Shown here: one piece after another, positions 38,301 through 50,300 of the stretch
How positions within the stretch are numbered: position 1 is the first letter of the stretch
Layout: each line of letters opens with the position of its first letter
From: Phoronis australis
Lineage: Eukaryota; Animalia; Phoronida
Assembly: GCA_002633005.1 (NCBI GenBank)
Contig: NMRA01000407.1
Span: 124,001 to 188,000, forward strand
DNA: 64,000 bases
Direction of reading: 5' to 3'
Program-made: the position numbers and the translations under genes
The notes under the pieces: model-generated
Database searches by the model: none
Told to the model about the DNA's origin: nothing
What the model saw: only the letters and a program-made list of their open reading frames with translations

Positions 38301-41300
38301 CTTCCGGAATTTCGTGGCACCAAACGTAAGCGTCAGTCGTTTCCATTATCGTGCAGTTAGCTCACTGACACCATGACAAGTCATTCAAACGGTTTTCGGA
38401 ACCATCCATGAGTTCCGTTGTCCGTGCACGTTTATGGAGCCTCTCTATTTTCTTGATCAGCGTATTCCGGTTCAAACTGATAGCCTGTGAAATCTAACGA
38501 TCGACTTGTGAAGTCTTCGTAGGGATCAGCACTCGTCTAAATCGGGATTGCGAGTTGCCACGTTGACGTTTGTTATTGTGCGTTATGTTTCAAAACGAAC
38601 TATTCTCACCCTAACCAATGATTATATAAAACTGAAACAAAGTGTTTTTCATTAGATACAATTTTGTAATGCCTTGGAGTGTTCGTGAGTGCAAATGTTT
38701 TGAGAAGCTAGGAAAGAATAAATCACTGCGTTACCGGCTTTATATGCAATAAACTAATTGACCGGGCACCGAGGCTGTGTGAGCGCATGCTAATTCAGTG
38801 TTGGCTGGCAGAAAGCTGTTGTGAAACAATAACTCGATTTTATATCCCATGGTCAGATGCTAGGGGAATCTTTATTTTGATATTCATATGCATTATTTGT
38901 ATCATTGTTACTGTACAACTTTTACCCTGACGGTTCTGTCAGTGGAAGGGTAACCTGACTTCGTGGCCGACGAGCTAGTAAGTAGATTTGCAGTTTCGCG
39001 GCTAATTCTCCAAAATAACCAGGTGCACATTTTTTTCTTTGGCTCACAATTATAGTCTTTTAGTGACTGCATGTTTAGTTTTCAACTTTGGCTAGTTTAT
39101 GTTCGTGATGTCTTCAGTCCGGCCGCGATCAGATGGGCCTGATCGGGTTTTGAGCCATTGACCGGGATAGCAAGCGTTTTGTGTACGTGTTTAGAACTGA
39201 AAAAGTCTAAAATTACAACACACAGCTATGTTCTCCTGTCTGTATTTCACGAACAAATAATTTGAATGTATCACCGAACAGACCCCAAACTCCCGCGACC
39301 GACCTTGGTAAATTGGCCTACCGAACACTGTAGGATACGGTACGTTCAAATACCTAAAAATCCGTAACAGTGAAATAAAATAACATGTTCGTTCAATAAC
39401 TCGATGTATTTTTAAGGGGTTTAAATGGAATTTTGATGATTTATTGGTGTAAAACGATGAATTAAAGCGATTAGCTGACACCAGTAAGCATGTTGTGAAC
39501 TGTTGTACAGACTGCATTCGAACCTCTGACGTCATTAGTTAAGTTCAACACCTCCGTCTGACGTCAGGTGTCAGGTAAAAGAGCTGTACTTGCTGTTATC
39601 GATTGGAACTACTCGATTTAATCTGATACAAACTTGGTTGTTTTTGGGTGGCATTCTCCTTTAAAACCATCAAAACGTAAAGTCTACTTATTTACAACAT
39701 TAGGAGGCACTCCACCGTACATAAGTAATTTTAAAGAGGCCTGGAACGCGACCAACAGACTAAAGTGCAACGTTGAAAGTGGTTTTCTGCCACTGAAACA
39801 GAATTCAACCTGCTCACCACGTATTTTCAGGGTCTGTTCGTAAATATTTCTGTGGATATTAAAGCATTTTCCTTTAGTTTCAAATTTCAAAAAAGCGATC
39901 TGTCAACTGCTCGCCCCTTCGTCGATTTTTCTCCTACTAGGCAAAGTGTGTCTCCTTATTTGATATGGCAAGACATAGACATAGGCATTTTCATTGTATG
40001 GAAAATGTGACCTTTGACTTCAAGCAACTGAGTGTGAACGCACGTGCGCATTTATCATAAATGGAAGAGAGATCGGTAACTCTGTCGTAACCACAGAATT
40101 TTTGCTTCGCACGTATTTCAAAAATCATAAAGTTTGTGATATTTTGATGAGCTTTCGCGTTTCATGCCTTTTCAATGGTTACAATGCAGAGATATCACAG
40201 GTGGATCGGAAAGTTGGCAGCCAGACAACTTCGAGCTGACGAATTTCAAACACTTTTCATTTTGCCAAGATTTTAGACTTAGTCTTGAAAATTCAATACT
40301 TTTCTCAAGTGGTACGGTTTCATAAAAAGTTAGCAAAAATATCCGGGCAAGTTTTCAAATATCGCAATTCTGTTTGTATAGTTACGGCTCACTGGGTTTT
40401 CTCAGTGATCTACCGTCGATGATCAGCTGTCTGATTGTTTTTTCTTAACCTGACTTACGCAAAACAAATTTGCCTTATAAATTTCTTTGTAATTCAGAAA
40501 TTTGTACTATTGCTTCCATTTTCTACACAATGCTGCGCAGTTGTTCCGTTCGGATTTTCATTAGCCATCATCGGGAACACGTTTCATAATAGGTGGCGGT
40601 GACATCTCACTGGGCACAAATCCTCAATGTATTCTCCATATCGGTATAGAAGAACTTTGCTGAAAGTCTGAATATGTTGAATTCAAGGCAACTGGCCTAC
40701 ATTTAAACAACGTTATTTGAATTCAGATATGTGGAATCAATTATGATGTGTCTGTCGGCAATGGTGAGATTGTCACTAATACGTTGTACGATTTTAAGTA
40801 AATATCGAAATGCTCTTTTCTCTAAGCGTTATTGATTCAAGTACTAAAATATTAATGCAAGCTGTACGCCTTATAGCAAATTAATGCATCGTCGATCGAT
40901 GATCTATACATGACAATATAAGTTTAAGAAAAAGTGTTCGCTGTCAACTGAAACTCATTTTTCAAAGATTACATAACGATAGAGCTAAATGTTGTACCCC
41001 AAGGTCATTAGCAAATGTGAAAGCAAAAACTCTATGAAACGATGCCATTTGTGCAATTGCCGTGCTTCGAGGGAACGCATAACGCTTATTATAGTATAAC
41101 GCCGAAATACCGACCGCACGAGATTCGATGATTTGTGTCAGGGACCAGGATCTAATCCTTTTACTCAAAAGCATTTTTCATTCTACTTTGGTATGAACTT
41201 AAGATAAGTGCCTATTATTCTGTGTTCGAGTATTTTGTAGTTTTACGTGGATGATGTTGTAGTCCTATTTTGTACTGGATGACCTCAACATTAAAGCTGT

Positions 41301-44300
41301 ACTTTCGATTTTTTACTCGAGTTTGTATCTAGAAACTAGAGATGATCAAGCACGAATTTACAGTGGTTTTGAGTTCGTATTAAAGGAAAACGGAAAATGT
41401 CTCTTCACCTGAGAAGTTCTCTCTTGTAGTCTTCTAGGAAATCCTCTTCTCCGTTGTCCACCAACTCTTTAAACAGCGCCCTTTTCCTAAACAACACAGG
41501 NTTTACTCAAAAGCATTTTTCATTCTACTTTGGTATGAACTTAAGATAAGTGCCTATTATTCTGTGTTCGAGTATTTTGTAGTTTTACGTGGATGAGAGT
41601 GTAGTCCTATTTTGTACTGGATGACCTCAACATTAAAGCTGTACTTTCGATTTTTTACTCGAGTTTGTATCTAGAAACTAGAGATGATCAAGCACGAATT
41701 TACAGTGGTTTGTATAATCCGTAATCATTGAGTTCGTATTAAAGGAAAACGGAAAATGTCTCTTCACCTGAGAAGTTCTCTCTTGTAGTCTTCTAGGAAA
41801 TCCTCTTCTCCGTTGTCCACCAACTCTTTAAACAGCGCCCTTTTCCTAAACAACACAGGCGAGTCATGAAGGACAATTTTTCACAAAATATTTTCCATTT
41901 TAATAAACCTTTCACTCCTCATACTTGAAAATAGTTCTTAAAAGATTTTGCAGTGGGAAATGACGTCACGCATGGTATGCCTACTATGCGATACCTGTTA
42001 ATATGTAGTGAAACATACAGATCAATAAAAATATTAAAGGGTCGAGGCAACTCTGGCATAATTCATATTGCTTAGGGAATCCAAAATGAATGAGCGGTCT
42101 CATAATTTGAGCTTTAAGCAGTGACAACATTAAAAGCGACACAATACGTACTTGAAGTACAGGGCAAGATCTGTGGACAAAATAGCCGATTCTACCATAT
42201 TTATGCAATTTCGGTATTCATTTGACGGAAGTTCACCAAAAATGTTGTTCCCCTCACTGTTCAGGATCATGATGCAGTGGTCAAAGTGGTGGTGCTCCAG
42301 TGTTGACGTGCCGTACAATAAGGATAGCGGCGAGTCGCTCCTGAGAGTGCAGAAAACACGTATCATGACTGGTCAAAGTTTACTCGCGAGTCAAATTGCC
42401 TGATTGCACTTGCGTATGTATGACAGCATGAGATTTATTCGCTGAGTTTTAGGTGTGACAAACGTTTCGTCCTTTCAAATTTATTATAATTGACAAAATT
42501 GACAAGGAAAGTTTATTGCTATAACCATTTAAAATGTTCTTAGGAACGTCAAAAGGCAACGGTGTAAACTATAATATCATGTTAAAAGAACACGGGCCTA
42601 TACTGGACAAAGATTAAAGATAGATAGGTTAAGGCTTAATGAACTGAATAATCATCTGTTTATTATGTTGAACTCTATTCTTTACCAAGCTTTGTAAGAT
42701 TTAAATAATTTACGAATACTAACTTAGATTGGAAGGCGTTGTTGGTTCCCCTGTGGTCAAGGTCGTGGCAGAGACAGCCGACCAATAAAGCGAACACTTC
42801 CAACTTGGAAAAGTAGCTTTCATATTCTCCTGTCTAGGCACAAGAATATATTACATTAACACATCTATCTAAAATCACCCCAAACGGTTATCCACAGTAT
42901 AGATATAAAATTCGTGCGTGTTGTAGCTGATAAATTGTTTTGATTAGAATCTTTATCATAGAGGTTTTGAAACTCTTTGGCTAGAAATGTGTGCAACGGC
43001 AAAATATGTACTAAAATAACTACCACGTTTTCAAAACAATTTTGCTGGAGAAAAGATGAAAACGACTACAAAAGTGAAGATGTTTTAGTAAATTACTTAC
43101 ATACAAAATTGAAAACATCATTTGCGCCACGTTGAATGCATGTCGCCAATTATGGTATATTACAGGACGATAGTTTTTCTTCACGCTGCAAACCCACCGA
43201 CATAAAACCTGAAAACAACATGAGGTATTCTACGCACGTAAAACTGTGTAGCTATAACACTGATTTGATCAGTTAGCAGTCCTGGTCTTATGTTTGATTA
43301 CGCATGAGTTTCTCATTCAAGAAACATGCAAGCTGATCCGGGTCGCGGCACCTAATTTTAGGTTACGGGATCGTACCACGACCTAATGGGGGGGGGGTGA
43401 TTTCGCTCACACGAGGACGCTGCAATGGGGTGATTTCACTCACATGGCGACGCTGGGATTCAAAGTTAGATAAAAGTCGGATTTCGCGTCAGCGGCCATG
43501 AATTTGACTTGTGTCAGCTTTTTCTGAAAAAAACGTGTACCCAACTGCAAGGAAATTTTGAATGTCACTGAGCTAAGAAACCTATGCAATTCTTTGGTGT
43601 GATATCTTGATGTCATTAAAGCGTGTTGAGTGAAGTCGTTTCATGGCTTTATTTAGAGGAAATTTCCGACATTTTAATTATGTCGTTCAACAAATGCATG
43701 ATGTATTGTTCTCATCTCAGCAGTGTAAACATAGGTTATGAAATGAATTCGAGATAGAATATCATACTGGTATTGCTATGTATGTGGGATAACTTATTTA
43801 TCCAATATGTACGACCTCAATTATATCGCGGCGACATCATGTTGTCATGCGCTTTGGGTTGTAATTATGACGCCATATATATGCCAAGCGTACCCGCGCC
43901 GGTTAAAGCCTAACTTCAACGGAATTTTGTTAGTTTAGATGTATTAGGCTAACCATATAGTCCTAGCAAAGACTTAGTAAAATAAGAAAACGAGAGTTCA
44001 ATCACGCAAGTGTAAGCCCGTCAAATGATAAGTGAAGCTGTCTTTTCGTGCCATGTTGCGTCACCGCGAGATCCCAGCACGAACAACGAAAGGTTGTATT
44101 GAATAGGGGTCTGAATAGAACACCATTGCGTGCGAGTGTTATTCGCAGCTGTGGTGATTCTCGAGGTGACGTAGACAAAAGCAAGCTAATACGCCTACCA
44201 GTTCGTTACATTTGGCACTAGTGGGCTAAAAGCGATGCTCTTAATATACTGTAGGAACCAAATTTACATGTGTTACCGTTGAAGATAGGCTTTAAGCGAT

Positions 44301-47300
44301 AAGTTTTTCTGCACTTAAGTAATGAGGTTGAATCAATCAGAATTTTTAATTTGTGAAATATGCAATTAAAACAATGAACCGTTCAAAAGTTCGTCGGAAA
44401 CTTAGAAACAATCCATCCGGGAATATAAAATTTGAAAAATTAACTGTTAAAAGCATACCAAACCCGGATTTGGCCTATTAACAGGTATTGAAAACAACTT
44501 ACTCATTCAGTTCTCTGAAACAAAATAATGCTCTTTAACACTGGACATAAGGCCTTAAAAATTTGGAGGAAAGTTTAAAAACTTGCAGTGTACTAAACGG
44601 GCAAATGTGACCTACGCTTTACGCGAGTAACACCGCAACTGTTGGGAAAGACCAACCACCAAGAACCATAGTATGCTAGTTGTGACTCAGAGAGTATGAA
44701 AGTTTAATCTTGCTTCTATCACTCACGTGGGACGCCAGTGATGCATTAGCAGATGACTGACCGATGGTTGGTTTAAATCACCGAAACAGGTTTTAGAATC
44801 CTTATAACTAAGCAGTTGTTTAGCTGTGTGCTTCGATGAATTTCTAGTCTATTTTCTTAGCTTATGGAGTGGAAATTGTGATAGAATATTTCCTCCGTTG
44901 ATCGCGGTAAACGGATGGAAAATTTCTTTGGTGAGGTGGCTGATTCGTGGAACTAGAGGTCAGGACTGTTTCATGCGCGTTACTTTCACGTGGCTGGGCT
45001 GAAGTCGAGGAAACAGTAGATTTGCTGCGGGTTAAGGCTTTATTCAATTTCTTTTGCCACGTGATGTCGGCGCTGAAATAGTTTTTTAGAAAGGGTGTTC
45101 TTGTGGCCTGTTCATTGTGCTTCCTGATATCATGAGACGTTGACATGCAGGTTTGCACAGGCTGTTATTTGTTTTTCGACCCAGTATTATACCTTGTTCG
45201 CACATAATTGACGTCATTTTTGAAGGAGTATATAGCCAATAGGCTGCGCGGCAAACCAAAGCTCAGATTTAGTTCCGTTCGAGGTTAGACGGATATAAAA
45301 TGGTGCGTTTGTCATCATTTCCCTAGGCCTGTTTTGCCTATGTTTTTCTATGCTTCAGTGGACAGTTTTGTGGATCCTCTGGAGTAGTTTAACTTCCGTT
45401 CCAAAGCTCCGTGTTTTTGGTGTACTTTCGTTGAATTCTACTATAGGTATTCGCCGGTGTCTGTCATCCCACGTCAACTCTCTATTGCCGTCACAACTAC
45501 AGAGTCCGTACATCTTACCCATGCCAAACGATGTCGTATGGATTTCGCAAGCTATTAATTAACTTGCGAGATTCATGCGACGGGCGTAAGCGCGTTGCCT
45601 GGTTATCACTTATGGGACGCTACTTTGTTGCGTCTTTGTTGGATGTAACGATACAGGTCGCACGGACATCGTACCTTGGGTGCCAGTTAGTCGGTAACCA
45701 TTATCTTTATTACAAGAAAGAAAAACAAAGTGAGCAGTAGATACGCCTATTTACCGATATCTACGCGATGAGCTTGCGCCCTATCGGGGCACGTGGAGGA
45801 TCACTTCCTATGATTCCTTTCTCCTTTAAATTAATTTCCTCCGTGTGTGGAGGAAGCATTTCTGCGTTTCTCAGTCCATTTCTTCTTACCGAATTCTTTT
45901 AATTGCGTTCGTTTTACTATGAGGGCTTCGCGGAATGAGGCAAACTGCCTGCATCTCTTAGATGTCGATCGAGTGATCTCCGTGCGCATGTCATTGTACA
46001 TGTATCTGGCCGGAGTACGCTGTCATCCAATTTGCCTAGTTCCAGGAAGAAACGTCCCAGGAGACAGTCAAGCTTCTATGTCGCCAATGTTCATTTTTTG
46101 CTTCTTGTATCTCTTAGCCATTTATTGAATGTTGCTTCGTCACGCTTGTTTTGACGATATAAGTATTTCTTTTGCAGACAATAAGACCCTTAGAATCGCC
46201 GTCAGTCACAACAGGGCAATATTTGCTTTGACGTTCGTTCAGCGATAAACTCATCAAAGTTCATGTTGAATCCTAAGTCAAATATTGCCATCGCGAAAAG
46301 CAGGTTTTACGCTAACAGTGAGAGATGGAAAAATCCATCGAGGACGGCTGTGGATAGATGATTGTGTCCATTGTCTTATTCACACCTATATCAAGGGGAT
46401 CAACATTTGGTCGGACTTCAAAACCATTTCCCCAGACTTCAAAACAACTTGCCCAGACTTCAAAACCACTTGCCCAGACTTCATAACCAGGCTGCTGAAC
46501 TGCGCACCCAAAAAACTGGTTTCCCGGGTACGAAAAAAATACTAGATATCGCTGAAATCCTTCGAGACTTTCAAAACGAGTCTCTGAGGAAACCCGGCTG
46601 TCGTGTTTTGATCACCAGCAAACTGGTTATAGCACCGGCCATTGTGTTTTGTGTCCAACCAACTAGTTTTTGGGCGAGGCCATCGCGTTTTGAGGTTCAG
46701 AAAACACGTTTGATAACCGGCCATTTGGTTTTGCAGTCCAGCCGACCTGTTTTGAAATCCGAGCAAGTTGTTTTGAATTCCCCCTCATAAACGTATGTGT
46801 TAAAAAAATAAAAATTATGAAATCGTGGTCTGTTTGTTGCATCCGTTTTCTGAAATGTTCAGATTGTTGGTGTCATGTATCCTAGTTGTCAGCCGAGGTT
46901 CGCGTTAGTCGCGGGTAAATCGGAACTCGGATTTCTTGCACAAATAGGCCTGTCTAAAACGGTGCTACTTGTTTTCAGTTGAAAGAAATGGAGTTAAAAG
47001 CTGGTGGCAAAGGCATTTAGCAACTGTTCGAACTTTAAACAAAAACGTTATTCGTCCTCGACAGGCAGGGATAATCTTCGTACGTGAGACGTGACTGGCG
47101 GACGACCTGTATCTAACTTAATTGGTCGCAGAACCACACAAAGGATTAGTTTCTGAAAGTAGCCCCATTTAGCTACCGATGTCCTCACTAACAGTAACGG
47201 AGACTTCAAATGACATTTTCATTCTTAAATGTTATATAGGAGTGATTAATTACAAAGTTCTCGTGAAGCGGTTGCTTATTATTGTACACGTTTTTATGCG

Positions 47301-50300
47301 TTCGCTTGCGATTGTACCCAGTTTTAAACTTCAGAAACTTGGCTCGTTTCACGGCACCATGTATTTTATCAACAGATTTGCACAATTCCCGTTGTCGTCA
47401 AGAGGATTTTGATCTATGCTGCTTCTGTGCATTAGCAATGTCTAAACGACAGTAAATTACTGGTTAATTTGATGTATCGTGTACCACAATTAGAGGTTTT
47501 TAACTGCTTGTCTTCTGAAATAGAATTCATTTTAAAAACCTATCATAGCATAATCTTACCCAAAGAAATACGATAAAAAGACAAAATAAATNGAAAAAAA
47601 CAAAGTGAACAGTAGATACGCCTATTTACCGATATCTACGCGATGAGCTTGCGCCCTATCGGGGCACGTGGAGGATCACTTCCTATGATTCCTTTCTCCT
47701 TTAAATTAATTTCCTCCGTGTATGGAGGAAGCATTTCTGCGTTTATCAGTCCCTTTCTTCTTACCGAACTCTTTTAATTGCGTTCGTTTTACTATGAGGG
47801 CTTCGCGGAATGAGGCAAACTGCCTGCATCTCTTAGATGTCGATCGAGTGATCTCCGTGTGCATGTCATTGTATCTGGCTGGTGTACGCTGTCATCCAAT
47901 TTGCCTAGTTCCAGGAAGAAACGTCCCAGGAGACAGTCAAGCTTCTATGTCGCCAATGTTCATTTTTTGCTTCTTGTATCTCTTGGCCATTTATTGAATG
48001 TTGCTTCGTCACACTTGTTTTGACGATATAAGTATTTCTTTTGCAGACAATAAGATCCTTAGAATCGCCGTCAGTCACAACAGGAAAATACTTGCTTTGA
48101 CGTTCGTTCAGCGATAAACTCATCAAAGTTCATGTTGAATCCTAAGTCAAATATTGCCATCGCGAAAAGCAGGTTTTACGCTAACAGTGAGAGATGGAAA
48201 AATCCATCGAGGACGGCTGTGGATAGATGTCCATTGTCTTATTCACACCTATATCAAGGGGATCAACATTTGGTCGGACTTCAAAACCATTTCCCCAGAC
48301 TTCAAAACAATTTGCCCAGACTTCAAAACCACTTGCCCAGACTTCATAACCAGGATGCTGAACTGCGCACCCAAAAAACTGGTTTCCCGGGTACGAAAAA
48401 AATACTAGACATCGCTGAAATCCTTCGAGACTTTCAAAACGAGTCTCTGAGGAAACCCGGCTGTCGTGTTTTGATCACCAGCAAACTGGTTATAGCACCG
48501 GCCATTGTGTTTTGTGTCCAACCAACTAGTTTTTGGGCGAGGCCATCGCGTTTTGAAGTTCAGAAAACACGTTTGATAACCGGCCATTTGGTTTTGCAGT
48601 CCAGCCGACCTGATTTGAAATCCGAGCAAGTTGTTTTGAATTCCCCCTCATAAACGTATGTGTTAAAAAATAAAAATTATGAAATCGTGGTCTGTTTGTT
48701 GCATCCGTTTTCTGAAATGTTCAGATTGTTTGTGTCATGTATCCTAGTTGTCAGCCGAGGTTCGCGTTAGTCGCGGGTAATTCGGAACTCGGATTTCTTG
48801 CACAAATAGGCCTGTCTAAAACGGTGCTACTTGTTTTCAGTTGAAAGAAATGGAGTTAAAAGCTGGTGGCAAAGGCATTTAGCAACTGTTCGAACTTTAA
48901 ACAAAAACGTTATTCGTCCTCGACAGGCAGGGATAATCTTCGTACGTGAGACGTGACTGGCGGACGACCTGTATCTAACTTAATTGGTCGCAGAACCACA
49001 CAAAGGATTAGTTTCTGAAAGTAGCCCCATTTAGCTACCGATGTCCTCACTAACAGTAACGGAGACTTCAAATGACATTTTCATTCTTAAATGTTATATG
49101 GCAGTGATTAATTACAAAGTTCTCGTGAAGCGGTTGCTTCTTATTGTACACGTTTTTATGCGTTCGCTTGCGATTGTACCCAATTTTAAACTTCAGAAAC
49201 TTGGCTCGTTTCACGGCACGATGTATTTTATCAACGGATTTGCACAATTCCCGTTGTCGTCAAGAGGATTTTGATCTATGCTGCTTCTGTGCATTAGCAA
49301 TGTCTATACGACAGTAAATTACTGGTTAATTTGATGTATCGTGTACCACAATTAGAGGTTTTTAACTGCTTGTCTTCTGAAATAGAATTCATTTTAAAAA
49401 CCTATCCTAGCATAATCTTACCCAAAGAAATACGATAAAAAGACAAAATAAATGCAGTAAATATATAGACGCTGAGGTTAGCCATTAGTGAAATACATAG
49501 ATGCGTTAGGTTCAGTTCTCTGGTACCCGTTGGTGAACGGTTTTAGCACAAGTGTACATGTAACCCACTAAACGGAGAACCGTTCCAAGAAAACTGACTT
49601 AGCTAAGATAAATCTTAAATTTAAGTCAATTTTAAGATAAAACTTCAATTTGTCTTGCGTCTGTTCCAAGGAAGTGATTATAAGTTTGACGTAGGTTTTG
49701 GACTAACTTACCGGATGCGGAAGTTTCAAAGTTTGGATGTGTAGACAAGTCTTAGACTTAAGTAAAAAATGAAGTTAAGTTAGTTTCTTGGAACGTGCTC
49801 CAAGGTTATTTACCAAGACCGTCTCGGATTACTCAGCGATAGAACTCTCACCCTGTTCCGGAAGTAAGAAAGCGCGTTGCTCGTGTTAGAAAGCACAGCA
49901 CATTTTCGCATGTCATATCGGGCACCGTCGAGGTGTATGGACGTTGAAATATTCTTGAATTCGAACGTTTAAAAGTCGTACTGGAACTGAAGAGGTATCT
50001 TCAAGAAAGAGGATTTTGTTCGGTTCAAAATTAACCCGACCAATTTACTTTATCCACACTTTCCGCATTCTCTCGTCGGTGATCACATCCATTGATGTCG
50101 GGAAGACGACGAACTTAACATCGCACATCCACGGATATTTGTCAAGTTTCCCTAACTTTCCCGCATCGGAGTTGCAGCCCATAACGCAGCTGCAGTAATA
50201 CTTCGTTAGCTTTGGGAGGACGAATATAGAGTAAATCGTGTAACGAATACCACAATACATAGCGCGTGGAACTCCGATGGCGAGAAAACAAGGATACACA

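Larger units (their letters stand above)
37672..39660. mobile_element. Kolobok-type DNA transposon, deletion derivative (element K1)
   Basis: TTAA|AGGAGAATGCCGCCC ... GGGTGGCATTCTCCT|TTAA; contains THAP (+) and Cys-rich KolX-like (-) remnants. Confidence 0.85.
45720..49453. repeat. ~1.87-kb tandem duplication split by N (47592); probable haplotype artefact
   Basis: 45720-47591 vs 47593-49453 differ only by scattered SNPs and small indels. Confidence 0.85.

Noticed and set aside
41409-41486. Genuine mutually exclusive PDE exon
   Set aside because: Identical to 41768-41845 and adjacent to an N join; an assembly artefact is more parsimonious.
46362-46790. 142-aa and 173-aa ORFs with RLQNHLP repeats (also 48132-48653 and 62954-63349)
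   Set aside because: Translation of 21-bp repeats in a fold-back element; open in several frames and on opposite strands between copies.
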